The notes beneath the pieces were generated by a model. It had not been told where the DNA came from and did not search any database. It was given only the letters and a program-made list of their open reading frames with translations. 64,000 bases of DNA. It comes from Candidatus Poribacteria bacterium. GTDB taxonomy: Bacteria > Poribacteria > WGA-4E > WGA-3G. This document shows positions 21,859 through 31,353 of this stretch, piece after piece (positions within the stretch are counted from its first letter, which is position 1; every line of letters starts with the position of its first letter). A program made the position numbers and the translations under genes. The stretch is taken from the NCBI GenBank assembly GCA_965205025.1, contig CBDBFU010000023.1, positions 60,455-124,454 of the forward strand, given 5' to 3'.

Positions 21859-22966
21859 GATGAGCTTTGATATATTCTTCATCAGGTAAAATGCCTAAAC
21901 CAGGTCCATCTGGTACTGATACAACATGATCCTCTATTTCAATTCCATCCGCGACCATAGAATCCAAGAATACGGGAGCATTCAGTTCAGCAGGTAATAC
22001 CAGGTCAAAGGTAGAGAATAAATGCACACTTGCAATAAATCCGATACCTGCTTCTGTTAAACCACTTCCAAGGATTTCTATAGAATTTGATTCTGCGATA
22101 TTAGCAGTCTTTAGACATTCTGACAACCCACCTGATTTACATAGTTTAAGAACTACTGCATCAGCACATTCGAGTTTCGCTATTTTAGCAAGATCAAAAT
22201 GTGAAAAACATCCTTCATCAATTGCAATTGGTAGATGTGATCCATCTTTTACTCGCTTCATACCGAACCAATCCTGACTGGCAACTGGCTGTTCCATACA
22301 GTAAATCTGGTTTACATCTTCAATCCTTCTTAGTAGTTCCAAAGCATTAGCAGGTGTGTAGGATTGATTTGCATCGATCCAAAGATTTGCTCTTGGTGTT
22401 ATGTCGTTAATTGTTCTAATCCGTTCTTCATCTTTTTCTGGTATTCCTTCAACTTTAACCTTAAAACATGAACAAGGTTGAAGTGCTTTTGCTTTCAATG
22501 CCATGATTTCTGGTGAATCGATACTCAAGGCATAACATAACGGTAAGGTATCGTGTTGTTTTCCTCCGAAGAGTGTATGTAAGGGGGTGTCTAATATTCT
22601 TCCGCAGAGATCGTGTAGTGCAATGTCAACGGCAGCCTTTGCAAATGGATGGCCATTACTCACGGCAGGTTTCAAAGCATTATATATACTTTTTGCTATC
22701 TCATTTCTTGAGAGTGGATTTTGTCCTAAAAGTAAAGGAGCAATATGATACCGTATAGTAGATGTAATTGATTCAGTGGTTTCATAACTCCAGGATGGTA
22801 ATGCACGTTGTTCACCCCATCCTATGTACCCATCATCGGTTGTAATCTTGACAAATATATGGTTGCCTGCAGCATCTGGATCCCCCACAAATCCAGTTCC
22901 AATGGTGAATTTATCAATCATTCCAACGGAAGTAGGAAAAACTTCTATGTTTGATATTTTACTCAT
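21839..22966 (-). CDS. mandelate racemase/muconate lactonizing enzyme family enolase
   Basis: GWGE, AAVDIALHDL, FKVKV, IDAN, MEQP, IDE, GPGLGI. Confidence 0.9.
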   Translation of the reverse strand: MSKISNIEVFPTSVGMIDKFTIGTGFVGDPDAAGNHIFVKITTDDGYIGWGEQRALPSWSYETTESITSTIRYHIAPLLLGQNPLSRNEIAKSIYNALKPAVSNGHPFAKAAVDIALHDLCGRILDTPLHTLFGGKQHDTLPLCYALSIDSPEIMALKAKALQPCSCFKVKVEGIPEKDEERIRTINDITPRANLWIDANQSYTPANALELLRRIEDVNQIYCMEQPVASQDWFGMKRVKDGSHLPIAIDEGCFSHFDLAKIAKLECADAVVLKLCKSGGLSECLKTANIAESNSIEILGSGLTEAGIGFIASVHLFSTFDLVLPAELNAPVFLDSMVADGIEIEDHVVSVPDGPGLGILPDEEYIKAHLIHLDS

Positions 22967-23224
22967 AAGTATTAATCATACCATTTCCTATTATTAATTG
23001 AAAGATCTGCTTTATACTATACCATTTCAGATAATTAAAGTCTCTATTATGTTGGGGTATGTAAAGTTTTTGTCACTAAACATTACACTCTTATGGTATC
23101 TGTATACCGATATCTATCTCAAGTATCATCTTAAGTATTCATCTCAACCCCAGTTATGTTAGATGTATGGATACTGTGTATTGTAAAAAACTGTTAATTT
23201 TTGTCGTCTTGAAATGTTTACACT

Positions 23225-24420
23225 TTCACGGAAACCTTCACGGAGCAATTTTACGAACCCTTATTCTATATAGGTTTATAATTTAAAGTAGATCAATCCT
23301 CCGTGAATCACATACGTTAATATTTATATAACTAAAGCGTGAGTGAGATTTATCTTTGGTTTTTATCTGATAGCATTTCTATAAGTGTTTATTTCATGAA
23401 TAGTTGTTATACGGTGCTTGAAATACTGCACAAACTGGAAGTTTGTGCTACATTTAAGAGATCTTAATTATAAGAAATAGTATGACTCTGAAGTCTGAAT
23501 GTTTTCAAGTTTTTCAAACTCTTTTAGTTTTTCAAGTTTTTTTAGTCGCTTTTTCAGGATTGCCATTCTAAACAGTCCCTAAACCCTGTGGTAGACAGGG
23601 AGTATAAAGAATTCGATTGATCGGTGAAAAATTTCAAAATTTGAAAAACTTGAAAAATTTGCTGTGTAATTCACTTTATATTCCTCTATATTCCTTTCTT
23701 GGACTTTGTTTGTATATGTTTTGATAACATTCTTCAATAACTGATAATTCTGAAGGTTGAAAGAACAATATAAACATAGGGTTCATCTTAATTTCCAGAG
23801 GGTGAATCAAGTTAGTATTGGATAAAACCTTAGAATAGAAAATATGAAAAAAGTTACACTTTTTGTCACACGGATTGAAATTGGGGTAAAAAACGGCTAT
23901 AAACCCTGTATTAGACTGACACCACGGCAAGTTAAAAAGATAATTAAGAATTTCTAAAAATGTCATTTTTTCTCTTGTTTGCTTTTTGTCATTTGGAGAT
24001 TCAATGTTCGCAAATTGGGGTGTATTCTTAGACGTATTTGTTGTTTGGTTATGGGAATAAAATTTTTGGAATTTCATCATGTTTTTTCTAATTTATCTTA
24101 CGAGATGGTGCATTTACCACCTGGAAATTGTTCTTTAGTGATCTTCTGTTGGTCAAAAAGACATAAAAACAGATATTTAATCCTAATATACAGACAGAAA
24201 ATAGGGTCTAAAAATAGGCATTTAATCCTAAATACTCAGACAGTAGATCGTGTTGTTGTTGTATGAGTCTATGCGCCGAAAAGATGGAAAAAGTTACACT
24301 TTTCGTTACATGGTGTAACTTTGAAATTGGTGTAAATTACTCCTGTCAGCCCTGTCATAGACTGGGTTTACTCCACTTTGAATTGATTTTATAAGAATTT
24401 CTAAAATGTGTGATTTTGTG
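23225..24420. repeat. non-coding region of repeated modules (short direct/inverted arms around AAACCCTGT-N-TAGAC(A/T)G-like cores)
   Basis: TTCACGGA x2 / TCCGTGAA (23225-23307); 17-bp IR 23502-23518 vs 23640-23656; AAGTTACACTTTT at 23851 and 24291; cores at 23256, 23581, 23901, 24348. Confidence 0.6.
23427..23452. repeat. GTAG-type REP-like palindrome
   Basis: TGCACAAACTGGAAGTTTGTGCTACA; related copies at 37462 and 54372. Confidence 0.7.
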
Positions 24421-24835
24421 TTCTTTTTGTACTTTCTGATTTTGACCTTCCTAACGGTTAAAAAGGTATGCTTTTTTGACGTATATGAAACTTTGTATTT
24501 AGGATTGTTTTTATAAATATTCATTGGTTTTAGTTGTTGGTTTTTAGTTTGTGTTCTAATCTTTAATTTTATTTTCATTTTGACAGATATTCTTAATATG
24601 TACTTCTGTTTTTGTGATATATGTATGTTAGTTGTTATTGATGGGTGTTTTCTTCAATTAATTTTAAAAATTTTATAAAAATGTTTGATCCGTTTCATTT
24701 AATGCTTGTAAATGGCAAAAACTTTAAACACCCTATGAACAGTCGTAATTTGAATTATTTAAATAAAAATGGTATAAGTAACGATTATCCGAAAATGAAT
24801 AGGCAAATATTCAAAATATTAAGGAGAAGCGCTAT

Positions 24836-25225
24836 ATGGCAAAGGTAAAGGTTTTTTTGAGTTTTGAGTTTGATAAAGATAAAGAGCTTCAACCCAATTT
24901 TTACGCGCAAGCCAAGGATCACTCTTGTCATGAGATTGAAAATTATTCGCTTAAAGAGACAAGTCGACCGAATGATAATAGTTGGTTGAGGAAAGCAGAG
25001 GAGCTGATTGCGCTTTCGGACATAGTGATTGTCGTTTTAGGGCAAGATACGCATAATGCACCCGGTGTTAAAAAAGAGGTAACAATTGCTAATCAGTTGG
25101 AGAAACAGATGTTTCAGACTCGTCCGCAGAAAAGAACAAGCGGTGCTGTACCTGGTGCAGGTGATGAGATTACGTGGAACTGGAAGAAAATTGATGAGAA
25201 TATTTCTGAGTGCTTGAAGAAATGA
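24836..25225 (+). CDS. TIR-like domain protein (MTH538/DUF1863, ThsB-like)
   Basis: AAGGAGA RBS; KVFLSF, SDIVIVVLGQDT..APGVKKEV with the putative catalytic Glu. Confidence 0.8.
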   Translation: MAKVKVFLSFEFDKDKELQPNFYAQAKDHSCHEIENYSLKETSRPNDNSWLRKAEELIALSDIVIVVLGQDTHNAPGVKKEVTIANQLEKQMFQTRPQKRTSGAVPGAGDEITWNWKKIDENISECLKK

Positions 25226-25229
25226 TGAA

Positions 25230-25266
25230 GGTGTGGGATAGCGAGCGCGTTCTGTTATCCCACATC
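25230..25266. terminator. hairpin between convergent TIR and membrane-protein genes
   Basis: GGTGTGGGATAGC ... GTTATCCCACATC 13-bp stem including G-U pairs. Confidence 0.5.
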
Positions 25267-25668
25267 TTGTCCAATGAACTGCCAAAGCAAAACTATGCCG
25301 ATAACAATTAGGATTGTAAGGTAAAAAGGTAAAAGTGTTTTAGAAAATATGGATTTTATCCAATCCCATTTCTTCTTAAATGGAGTGGTGTTCATAGAGA
25401 AGTCTATTTTACCTTCATCTGTTTGTCTAACTGCATCGTATAACCTTCGGTACAACTGTTCTTGATTGAGATAGAAACCGTCTAATGCCCAAAAAGAAAG
25501 GGTTGGAATTGCTGCTAACCAAACATACATGGGTTTGGAATCTTTTGTAGCAAAACCTAACACAGCAGCAACGAATATAACCGTCCATCCTTTCAAGAAA
25601 AAAGAACTGTTTGCCAACCTGTTGATGACGTTCTGAATCATTTCTAAATGTTTTAGTGTTTTTTCCAT
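25255..25668 (-). CDS. small multi-TM protein (HLEMIQxVInR..SF.LKGW family), candidate TIR-associated effector
   Basis: HLEMIQNVINRLANSSFFLKGWTV, FWALDGFYL..E.LYR.LY; about 3 TM segments. Confidence 0.75.
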   Translation of the reverse strand: MEKTLKHLEMIQNVINRLANSSFFLKGWTVIFVAAVLGFATKDSKPMYVWLAAIPTLSFWALDGFYLNQEQLYRRLYDAVRQTDEGKIDFSMNTTPFKKKWDWIKSIFSKTLLPFYLTILIVIGIVLLWQFIGQDVG

Positions 25669-25928
25669 TGATGGATCATCACTTGCTCGGAAAGCGTTTC
25701 CTTATGTGTGCGCTAATTTTGAGTGAATTCACATTTGTCACATTTACCGATAGTATTATGCATCAAAACCTATATGTCAAGAAAAACGGAAACAATCATA
25801 AATGCAATGTGGAATAATTAATATGGTTGCTTTGAAATGGAGTGAACGTTGATAGAATGGAAGCCATAGTTTTCTGTTGAACAGTGAGCTGATATTAGCG
25901 AATTGACAACTCATTACAACAAAAATCG

Positions 25929-27041
25929 TTAGCGTTTAAGTTTCGCCCGTCCATCATCGAGTATTTCAACTTCAACTAATTCAAGTTGTTTTTCTGAGAA
26001 AAACTCTTTTATATCTTCAGTAAGTTGTTCTATTGGTTCTGGTTCAACTATATTCATCAATTCTTTCCCAACTGAAGATAGCAGGATCCCAGGCATTTTG
26101 AAATCCCAGTCCGGTTTATCTTTATCATTATGAGATTTTAGCAAAAAGTATTTATTTGCATATAAAAATGGGGCCGATGGTTTTTCAATATTTCCTATGA
26201 AACTATCTTTTAGGTTGAGTGAAAATCCACTATAGAAATGGCCCGGGTCAACCGCGGCTGATAGCAGCGAGAATTCTTGTAGATTATTTAACATCAATTG
26301 GCTTAATCCGTAATTTTCAAGAAAATTGTTACTGTCCATAGGTTGAAATTTTGGAAAAATTGAAGTATAGATTATACCAGAACCACGTGGGTTATCGAAT
26401 GAAACGCACCCAGAACAGAAAATCCTAAATATTGATGCAGTCTCTGAATCTATTTCACCTAATAGTTTTATAGCACGTGTTGAAAAAGTTCCGGGGTTCA
26501 TAATTTCGCCTGCGATAACTCGTGCAAAGCGTTCTTGCATTTCTTTGGAGCTTTTCTGACAGGCTTCTTTCTCAAAAATGTTAAACCAATCATCACTTAT
26601 TGTCTTTTCCGATTCATTATCACCTTCTTGATTTGCTGAATTATTGTACTTCTTTCGTTTAAGTATATCCGTAGCAAAACCCATGATTTTCTCAAGATTG
26701 AACTGCTCTCTCAGTATCCTTTTTGCAAATGTGTTACTCGCTCTCTGTGAAAATTCTGGGTCAACCTTTATTTGTTGGAGGATTTGGGCGTTAACCTCCT
26801 CTCCAATTTTAATCCGTGCTTCCGATTCTGCCCGTTTTTCGGCAGACCTCCGCTCAAGAGCTCCAACCGGTACATCAATTAAAGCAGAGCACAACCTGTC
26901 TAAAGCCTTAAACATATTACGCCTAATTGGAGCAGGAATAGTTGAATCTGATATAAGGTCGGTAACAACGTCCAAAGTAGTATTTGTTTCATCTTCGGAA
27001 GTTGAATCTGGTGGAGTCAGTAAATCTTGCTCTTTATTCAT
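25929..27041 (-). CDS. DUF2806-like domain protein
   Basis: REQFNLEKI, ISDDWFNIF...S.EMQ..FARVIAGEI..PGTFS.R; GAGG RBS before ATG 27041. Confidence 0.75.
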   Translation of the reverse strand: MNKEQDLLTPPDSTSEDETNTTLDVVTDLISDSTIPAPIRRNMFKALDRLCSALIDVPVGALERRSAEKRAESEARIKIGEEVNAQILQQIKVDPEFSQRASNTFAKRILREQFNLEKIMGFATDILKRKKYNNSANQEGDNESEKTISDDWFNIFEKEACQKSSKEMQERFARVIAGEIMNPGTFSTRAIKLLGEIDSETASIFRIFCSGCVSFDNPRGSGIIYTSIFPKFQPMDSNNFLENYGLSQLMLNNLQEFSLLSAAVDPGHFYSGFSLNLKDSFIGNIEKPSAPFLYANKYFLLKSHNDKDKPDWDFKMPGILLSSVGKELMNIVEPEPIEQLTEDIKEFFSEKQLELVEVEILDDGRAKLKR

Positions 27042-28388
27042 AATTATTTTCCTCAAATGATAAAGTGATACTTCAAGTATGGAGTTGTCTGGTGAACTTT
27101 CTATCATTCCGTAACAACCGTTTCCTCTCCAAGCATGTCAATAATTTTCACAGCGACTTGTGCATCAGCGCAGGGCAGCGATATAGTGTAATTTCCCTCA
27201 ACAAAATCGGTCTTTTTCTTTGGAACATCACTCTCAACGATTGTGAAATGTACTCCCGTATAGTCGGTATCAATTAACACACAATCAATCTGTGCGCGGA
27301 AGTCGTCAATTTGTTCGTCAAAGATAGTTCGGTCTATGTCCATGCGTGCTAAGATGGTTGGACTGATATAGTCTTCTATGGTGATTGTGATGTTTTCTCC
27401 GTCCCTTTCGAATTTAACATCTGCTTCGGCGGGGACGTAGGTGGTGACACCGTCGCGTTGAATATCACGGACAATGAATTTGTTGATGGGACGTTGTCGG
27501 TTTTCCTTTACAAGTTCTTCTTGGATTCCAATTTCACTGCCGTTGCAAAGGACTGTGATGTCGCGCGTCTCATCTGGTCGGTTTTTGAGTTCGTTCTTGA
27601 TAGTTTGAATATCTAAAGGGGTGAGGGGTTTATTTAGGTCAATGATTTTGACAAGTGTTCCGTCTAATGTGCCGTCAAAAAAAGCAGCATTGCGATCAAT
27701 TTCTACACCGTATTTTGCAGTGACAATGGTTTTGAGTTCATGTTCGACTTGAAAGTCGTAGTTATTGACGCGATAGTGTGCAATTCCTCGTGATTTGTCA
27801 TTGCCATTCTGCATACGTTTTATTGTTGTTTGAATTGCTCCTCTGTTGAGATCTGCAGCGATCCAGCGTCTACCAAGTTTTTCTGCTACGGCTGCTGTTG
27901 TTCCGCTTCCGATAAAACAATCCAGAACGATGGAATCTTCATTACTCGATGCGTTGATGACACGTTCAAGGAGTGCTTCCGGTTTTTGAGTAGGGTAATC
28001 AACTCGTTCTTTTGATTGTGAATTGATAATTGATATTTCAAAAACATCATCAGGTAATTTGCCAAGTGGGTTTACTTTGACGACTTTACCAAAAGATTTG
28101 ACACCTGCTTTAGCTTGTTTAAGAGTTCCCTCTGAATATGGCACTCGAACTTTATCTACGTTAAAGATATAATCTGCAGTTTTTGCGTAAAAGAGGAGAA
28201 TGTCGTGTTTTCGTCGGAAACTACGTGTTGTTCCACCCGATGGGTCTTTATACCACCAAACAATCTCATTTACGAACTTATCTTCACCGAATATTTCGTC
28301 TAACAATAAACGGAGGTGGTGACTTTTATGCCAGTCGCAGTGAAGATATAAGCTCCCTTTTTCACTTAATAGTTCACGCATTAAACTA

Positions 28389-29293
28389 TAGTGACTATCA
28401 GAATTAAAGAGACATTTTTTGTATTTTGTAGTAGAATGTGTCTATTATGGCATATTCAACAGATTTACGCAAACGCGTTTTAGATTTTATTGAAGCTGGC
28501 GGGAAAAAAGCCGAAGCTGCCCGTCGTTTTTCTCTGAATCGTTCAACGATTTATAGATGGTTAGCCGCTGAAGACCCGCTTTCGACCCAAAAACCGGGGC
28601 CCAAAAGCATGAGAGTGCTTGACGAGGCAGCACTGAAAAAACATGTCGCTGATTTCCCAGACTTGACGCAAAACGAACGCGCCTCACATTTCGGTGTTTC
28701 AGAGTCTTCTATAGCCTATGGGTTGCGGAAACTCGGCATCACACGAAAAAAAAACAATCGGATATAAGGAGCGGTGCGATGAGAAACGGAGGGGCTACCG
28801 TCAGACACTCACCGAGAAACACGCCGCTGGTAAAAAGATAGTTTATGTTGATGAATGCGGTTTTCGTGCTGAAAGTTATAGGCGTCATGGCTATGCCCCG
28901 AAAGGTGAATGTGTCTTAGGTTTGATCTCAGGCACAAGAACACGAACAACGACGCTGGTCGCAGCGCGTATCGGTTCGACTTTTACGGCACCTTGTTTGT
29001 TTGATGGAAGCTGCGATTCTGCGTGTTTCAATGCGTGGCTTGAAGCCTATTTATGTCCACGGCTGTCTGTCTCAGACGTGGTTGTTCTTGATAATGCGAA
29101 GATCCACAAGACGCTTCGGACGCGTGAGTTGATAGAAGCATCGGGAGCAGAGGTATTGTTTTTACCACCTTATTCACCGGACTACAACCCGATTGAACAC
29201 GACTTTGCGAATATCAAACGTCTCAGAGAATACAATGCTGATATAACCATTGATGAAGTTATAAACATGTATCATTAATTCTAAAGTTTACTA
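28389..29293 (+). mobile_element. IS630/Tc1-family insertion sequence (905 bp) with TA target duplication
   Basis: Imperfect terminal IRs TAGTGACTATCAGAATTAAAGAGACA / TAGTAAACTTTAGAATTAATGATACA; TA at 28387-88 and 29294-95. Confidence 0.92.
28438..29278 (+). CDS. IS630 transposase in two frames joined at an A9 run (28746-28754)
   Basis: ORF1 HTH (AYSTDLRKRV); ORF2 DDE: VYVDE, VLDNA..H, LPPYSPDYNPIE. Confidence 0.9.
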
Positions 29294-29803
29294 TAAGTCG
29301 CTCAAACATAAACTGAAGGTAGTTATCATTTGTCCAGATATCCATGTATTGTACTTTCTCAATATTTGAGTGTTCTTCCCCTTCCAATGACACCTTTGCA
29401 CCTCGTAACTCTACCTTTCTAACATAATCTGCTCCGCTGGCGAACGGTGGATCTATATAAATAAGGTCTATTTTACCTCGAAAACCATGCGCGAGGAGTG
29501 TTGAAAGGATTTCTTTGTTGTCACCGTGAAATAGGAGGTTGGGACCATCTTTAAAGTTGTCGTAAGACGGTTCTTTTTCTGGGTTTTCAACGTTATAGGA
29601 GTCTACCAATTGGGCGGGATAGGCGTTGACTGTGTCTATTGGTCGTTTGCCGACCCAGTGGAGCATGGGTCTGCCTTTAACTGACTTGATTTTCATTGTG
29701 TTTTCCTTTCGTATCGAAGTTTAGCAACTGCACGTTCTACATCTTGTTGGAATAAAACTACGGAATAAAGCAGTAATGTTTGGTTCCGTGTTCCTGGCAG
29801 TAG

Positions 29804-31291
29804 TTAGTTTTGCTCTTGATTTTTCCTAATTTGTAGGTTTAACAATGCCTCATTGAGATTAGCATGTGCTGTAGTATAATTAGGATCAAGTTGTATAGCT
29901 TTTTTATAGTCTTGAATCGCTTGTTCAAAATCACCTTTGCTATTGTGAGCAAAACCCCGATTGTTATATGCAATAGCGTAATCTGAATTGAGTTCTATCG
30001 CTTTATTATAGTTTTCAATAGCACGATCAATTTCACCTTTTTTGTGGTAAGCATTGCCGCGATTGCTATAAGCTTCTACCAAATTGGGACCAAAGTGTGT
30101 TGCCATGTCAAAGTCTTGGATGGCACGGTCTATCTCGCCTTTGACATCGTAAGAAAGTCCCCGATTGTTATACGCACCAGCATCGTTTGGCTTCAATTGT
30201 ATTGCTATATCAAAGTCTTGAATGGCGCGGTCAATTTCACCTTTTTTGTGGTAAGCATTGCCGCGATTATTATAGGCCTCGGCAAGGTTTGGCATTAACT
30301 GTATTGCGATGTTGCAGTCTTCAATAGCACGCTCATATTCACCTTTGTTTTTGTAAGAAGTACTTCGGTTGCTATATGCTTCAGCATAATCTGGGTTGAG
30401 TTCTATCGCTTTGGTAAAGTCTTTGATAGCTTTGTCAGACTCACCCTTTTCCTCGTAAGCATTGCCACGGTTGTTATAAGCTTCCCAGAAGGATAGCTTC
30501 GATTGTATTGCTTTGGTATAATGTTTAATGGCCTCTTCATATTCCATTCTATTGTCACAAACTAAACCTTTATAAAAGTATGTATAAGAATCCCCATGAA
30601 GATCCTGGTTTCTGATAAATCCATGCAGATCGTTATAGATGGTTTCCTTAGATATACCGTGATACTTCCGCAAATGCTGTAGCATCGCCTGTTTGAGGTA
30701 TGCTGGAATAGTGACTACATCGTCCTCTTGTGGTTCAATAAAGCCTCTGGGATGTCTAACAAATACACTCTTCTGGGCAATTACACGGTGTCTTGGATTC
30801 TTAGGATGCTTGATCCAATTTTTAATTAGATCGGTCTTTTGTAGGATAACCCGACCATCTTCATTGGGGGAACCGTCGCAGGCAAAGAAAAGTGCGATGA
30901 AGTAGTCGGTGGCAAAGTCTATAAGGTTTGTTTTACCCTCGTAGTGTTGGATATCAGTGAGAATTTCAAAATCAATGGTTTCATCAGTATCCTGTCCGGG
31001 CATACCTGGGGATGCTGTGTAATCCATAGGGTAATCCTGAGGTAATTGTCCTATGTGTTTCTTAGCAGCATTAAGGAGTTCTTTTTGGATAACCTCTATA
31101 TCAAAATGTTCGTTGTCAATACAGTATTCGCGCCAAAGGTTTGAAGAAACTTTTCCACAATATGGGTGTTCGTTATGAAGTTTACGTTCACCGCGATAAA
31201 TATAACTGCCATCTGCAGATTTTGCCTCTATTGCGCTGATAATGTCTCGAATTGTAAGGGGCGGTTTTTCTTCTTTAGGTTGAGTTGACAT
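29804..31291 (-). CDS. FRG domain + TPR repeat protein
   Basis: YIYRGE, QHYEGKTNLIDF, ALFFAC, RVIAQKSVF; about 7 AYNNRG-type TPR units. Confidence 0.88.
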   Translation of the reverse strand: MSTQPKEEKPPLTIRDIISAIEAKSADGSYIYRGERKLHNEHPYCGKVSSNLWREYCIDNEHFDIEVIQKELLNAAKKHIGQLPQDYPMDYTASPGMPGQDTDETIDFEILTDIQHYEGKTNLIDFATDYFIALFFACDGSPNEDGRVILQKTDLIKNWIKHPKNPRHRVIAQKSVFVRHPRGFIEPQEDDVVTIPAYLKQAMLQHLRKYHGISKETIYNDLHGFIRNQDLHGDSYTYFYKGLVCDNRMEYEEAIKHYTKAIQSKLSFWEAYNNRGNAYEEKGESDKAIKDFTKAIELNPDYAEAYSNRSTSYKNKGEYERAIEDCNIAIQLMPNLAEAYNNRGNAYHKKGEIDRAIQDFDIAIQLKPNDAGAYNNRGLSYDVKGEIDRAIQDFDMATHFGPNLVEAYSNRGNAYHKKGEIDRAIENYNKAIELNSDYAIAYNNRGFAHNSKGDFEQAIQDYKKAIQLDPNYTTAHANLNEALLNLQIRKNQEQN

Positions 31292-31353
31292 GCTTATTTT
31301 TCACTCCATATACTTTTAGGTTTATCAGAGAAAGCAGGATTCTAGAATCATTC

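Larger units (their letters stand above)
27104..29696 (-). pseudogene. type III R-M adenine methyltransferase (Mod), interrupted by IS630
   Basis: IYIDPPF (5' part); YPTQKPEALL and LDCFIGSGTT (3' part); removing the IS and one TA restores in-frame FMFERL-SL-MRELLSEKGS. Confidence 0.9.

Noticed and set aside
23000-24650. CRISPR array or integron attC array
   Set aside because: Repeats are not identical or evenly spaced; no cas or integrase gene in the window; no consistent attC structure seen.
23676-24848. Listed ORFs 23676-24080, 23979-24266, 24306-24578 and 24645-24848
   Set aside because: Low-complexity K/N/F-rich translations of AT-rich repeats with no recognisable motifs or RBS.
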